Assembly (NCBI GenBank): GCA_964563615.1
Contig: CAZLWF010000001.1
Location: forward strand, 8,206-72,205
Direction of reading: 5' to 3'
Origin: an uncultured Candidatus Saccharibacteria bacterium
GTDB lineage: Bacteria > Patescibacteriota > Minisyncoccia > Phycocordibacterales > UBA9973
Length of the DNA: 64,000 bases
Both the position numbers and the translations under genes were made by a program. A model generated the notes under the pieces. It saw nothing but the letters and a program-made list of their open reading frames with translations. It did no database searches and had not been told where the DNA came from. Positions 63,824-64,000 of the stretch are shown here, piece after piece (positions within the stretch are counted from its first letter, which is position 1; each line of letters begins with the position of its first letter).

Positions 63824-64000
63824 CTATTGCGGCACGGGCACTGTCGCACCAGGCCTGGGTATTGAATCTGACTTTGGAATCAACTCAGTTTTAGGCGCAT
63901 TCTGGAGTCCTGACTGCGATCCTTGCGACTGAAAATGGATTTTTGTCCCGTCACTGAGTGTGACGTCAAATTCCGCTGAGCTCTCACACGGTTTTGTTAC
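63824..64000 (-). CDS. C-terminal end of an unidentified protein entering from the right edge
   Basis: Hand translation ends ...DVTLSDGTKIHFQSQGSQSGLQNAPKTELIPKSDSIPRPGATVPVPQ*. It is an open frame to the window edge with no recognisable motif. Confidence 0.3.
   Translation of the reverse strand, partial: VTKPCESSAEFDVTLSDGTKIHFQSQGSQSGLQNAPKTELIPKSDSIPRPGATVPVPQ

Noticed and set aside
1-64000. I searched for CRISPR arrays, tRNA or rRNA genes, IS elements, integrases, reverse transcriptases, and signs of an alternative genetic code (UGA recoding).
   Set aside because: I saw no regularly spaced repeats, no tRNA-like GTTCGAATC/T-loop contexts outside coding regions, and no transposase or integrase motifs. 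Long ORFs are intact under the standard code, and TGA is used as a genuine stop (for example at 26300 and 27975).

Overview
This 64-kb window is low-GC. Hand counts of four 100-nt samples from housekeeping genes gave roughly 43-54% GC, against about 36% for one suspect gene. It is dominated by translation genes and looks like a Patescibacteria/CPR (Parcubacteria-like) chromosome. Three things support that: uL30 is absent between rpsE and rplO, ribosomal proteins carry low-complexity tails, and gene starts lack Shine-Dalgarno sequences. A type IV pilus, ComEC and RecJ competence set is also present.

Content from left to right:
- infC-rpmI-rplT
- a LOG/TIGR00725-like gene paired with a beta-CASP RNase
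- ndk and a Nudix hydrolase
- an orphan 907-aa TraD/VirD4/HerA-like ATPase
- the str, S10 and spc ribosomal block on the minus strand (rpsL-rpsG-fusA ... tuf-rpsJ ... secY-adk-map)
- an M50 protease, rpmB, a split comEC with a SOD gene between its two halves, and RNase HI with a C-terminal hybrid-binding domain
- recJ, a secreted metzincin, a HIT protein, and pgk-tpiA
- a type IV pilus locus (pilB, pilC, giant pseudopilins and two large surface proteins)
- a protein with a Bacteroidota-style T9SS C-terminal sorting domain
- nusA, ppa and tig

I found no rRNA, tRNA, CRISPR array, transposase or integrase.

Most notable observations:
1. The ribosomal superoperon is interrupted three times by self-contained cassettes, each with its own promoters and terminators. 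The largest is a 5.3-kb accessory island between fusA and tuf.
2. Two candidate structured RNAs are present: a ~180-nt rod-like, 6S-like unit at 4262-4444, and a three-way-junction leader upstream of tig.
3. A leader terminator lies upstream of nusA.
4. An orphan unit driven by a perfect consensus promoter lies next to the ATPase.
5. The pilus locus carries GW-repeat and glycine-rich surface proteins.
6. The T9SS-CTD gene has lower GC than its neighbours and looks horizontally acquired.

All protein calls rest on motif recognition by eye. No database search was run.
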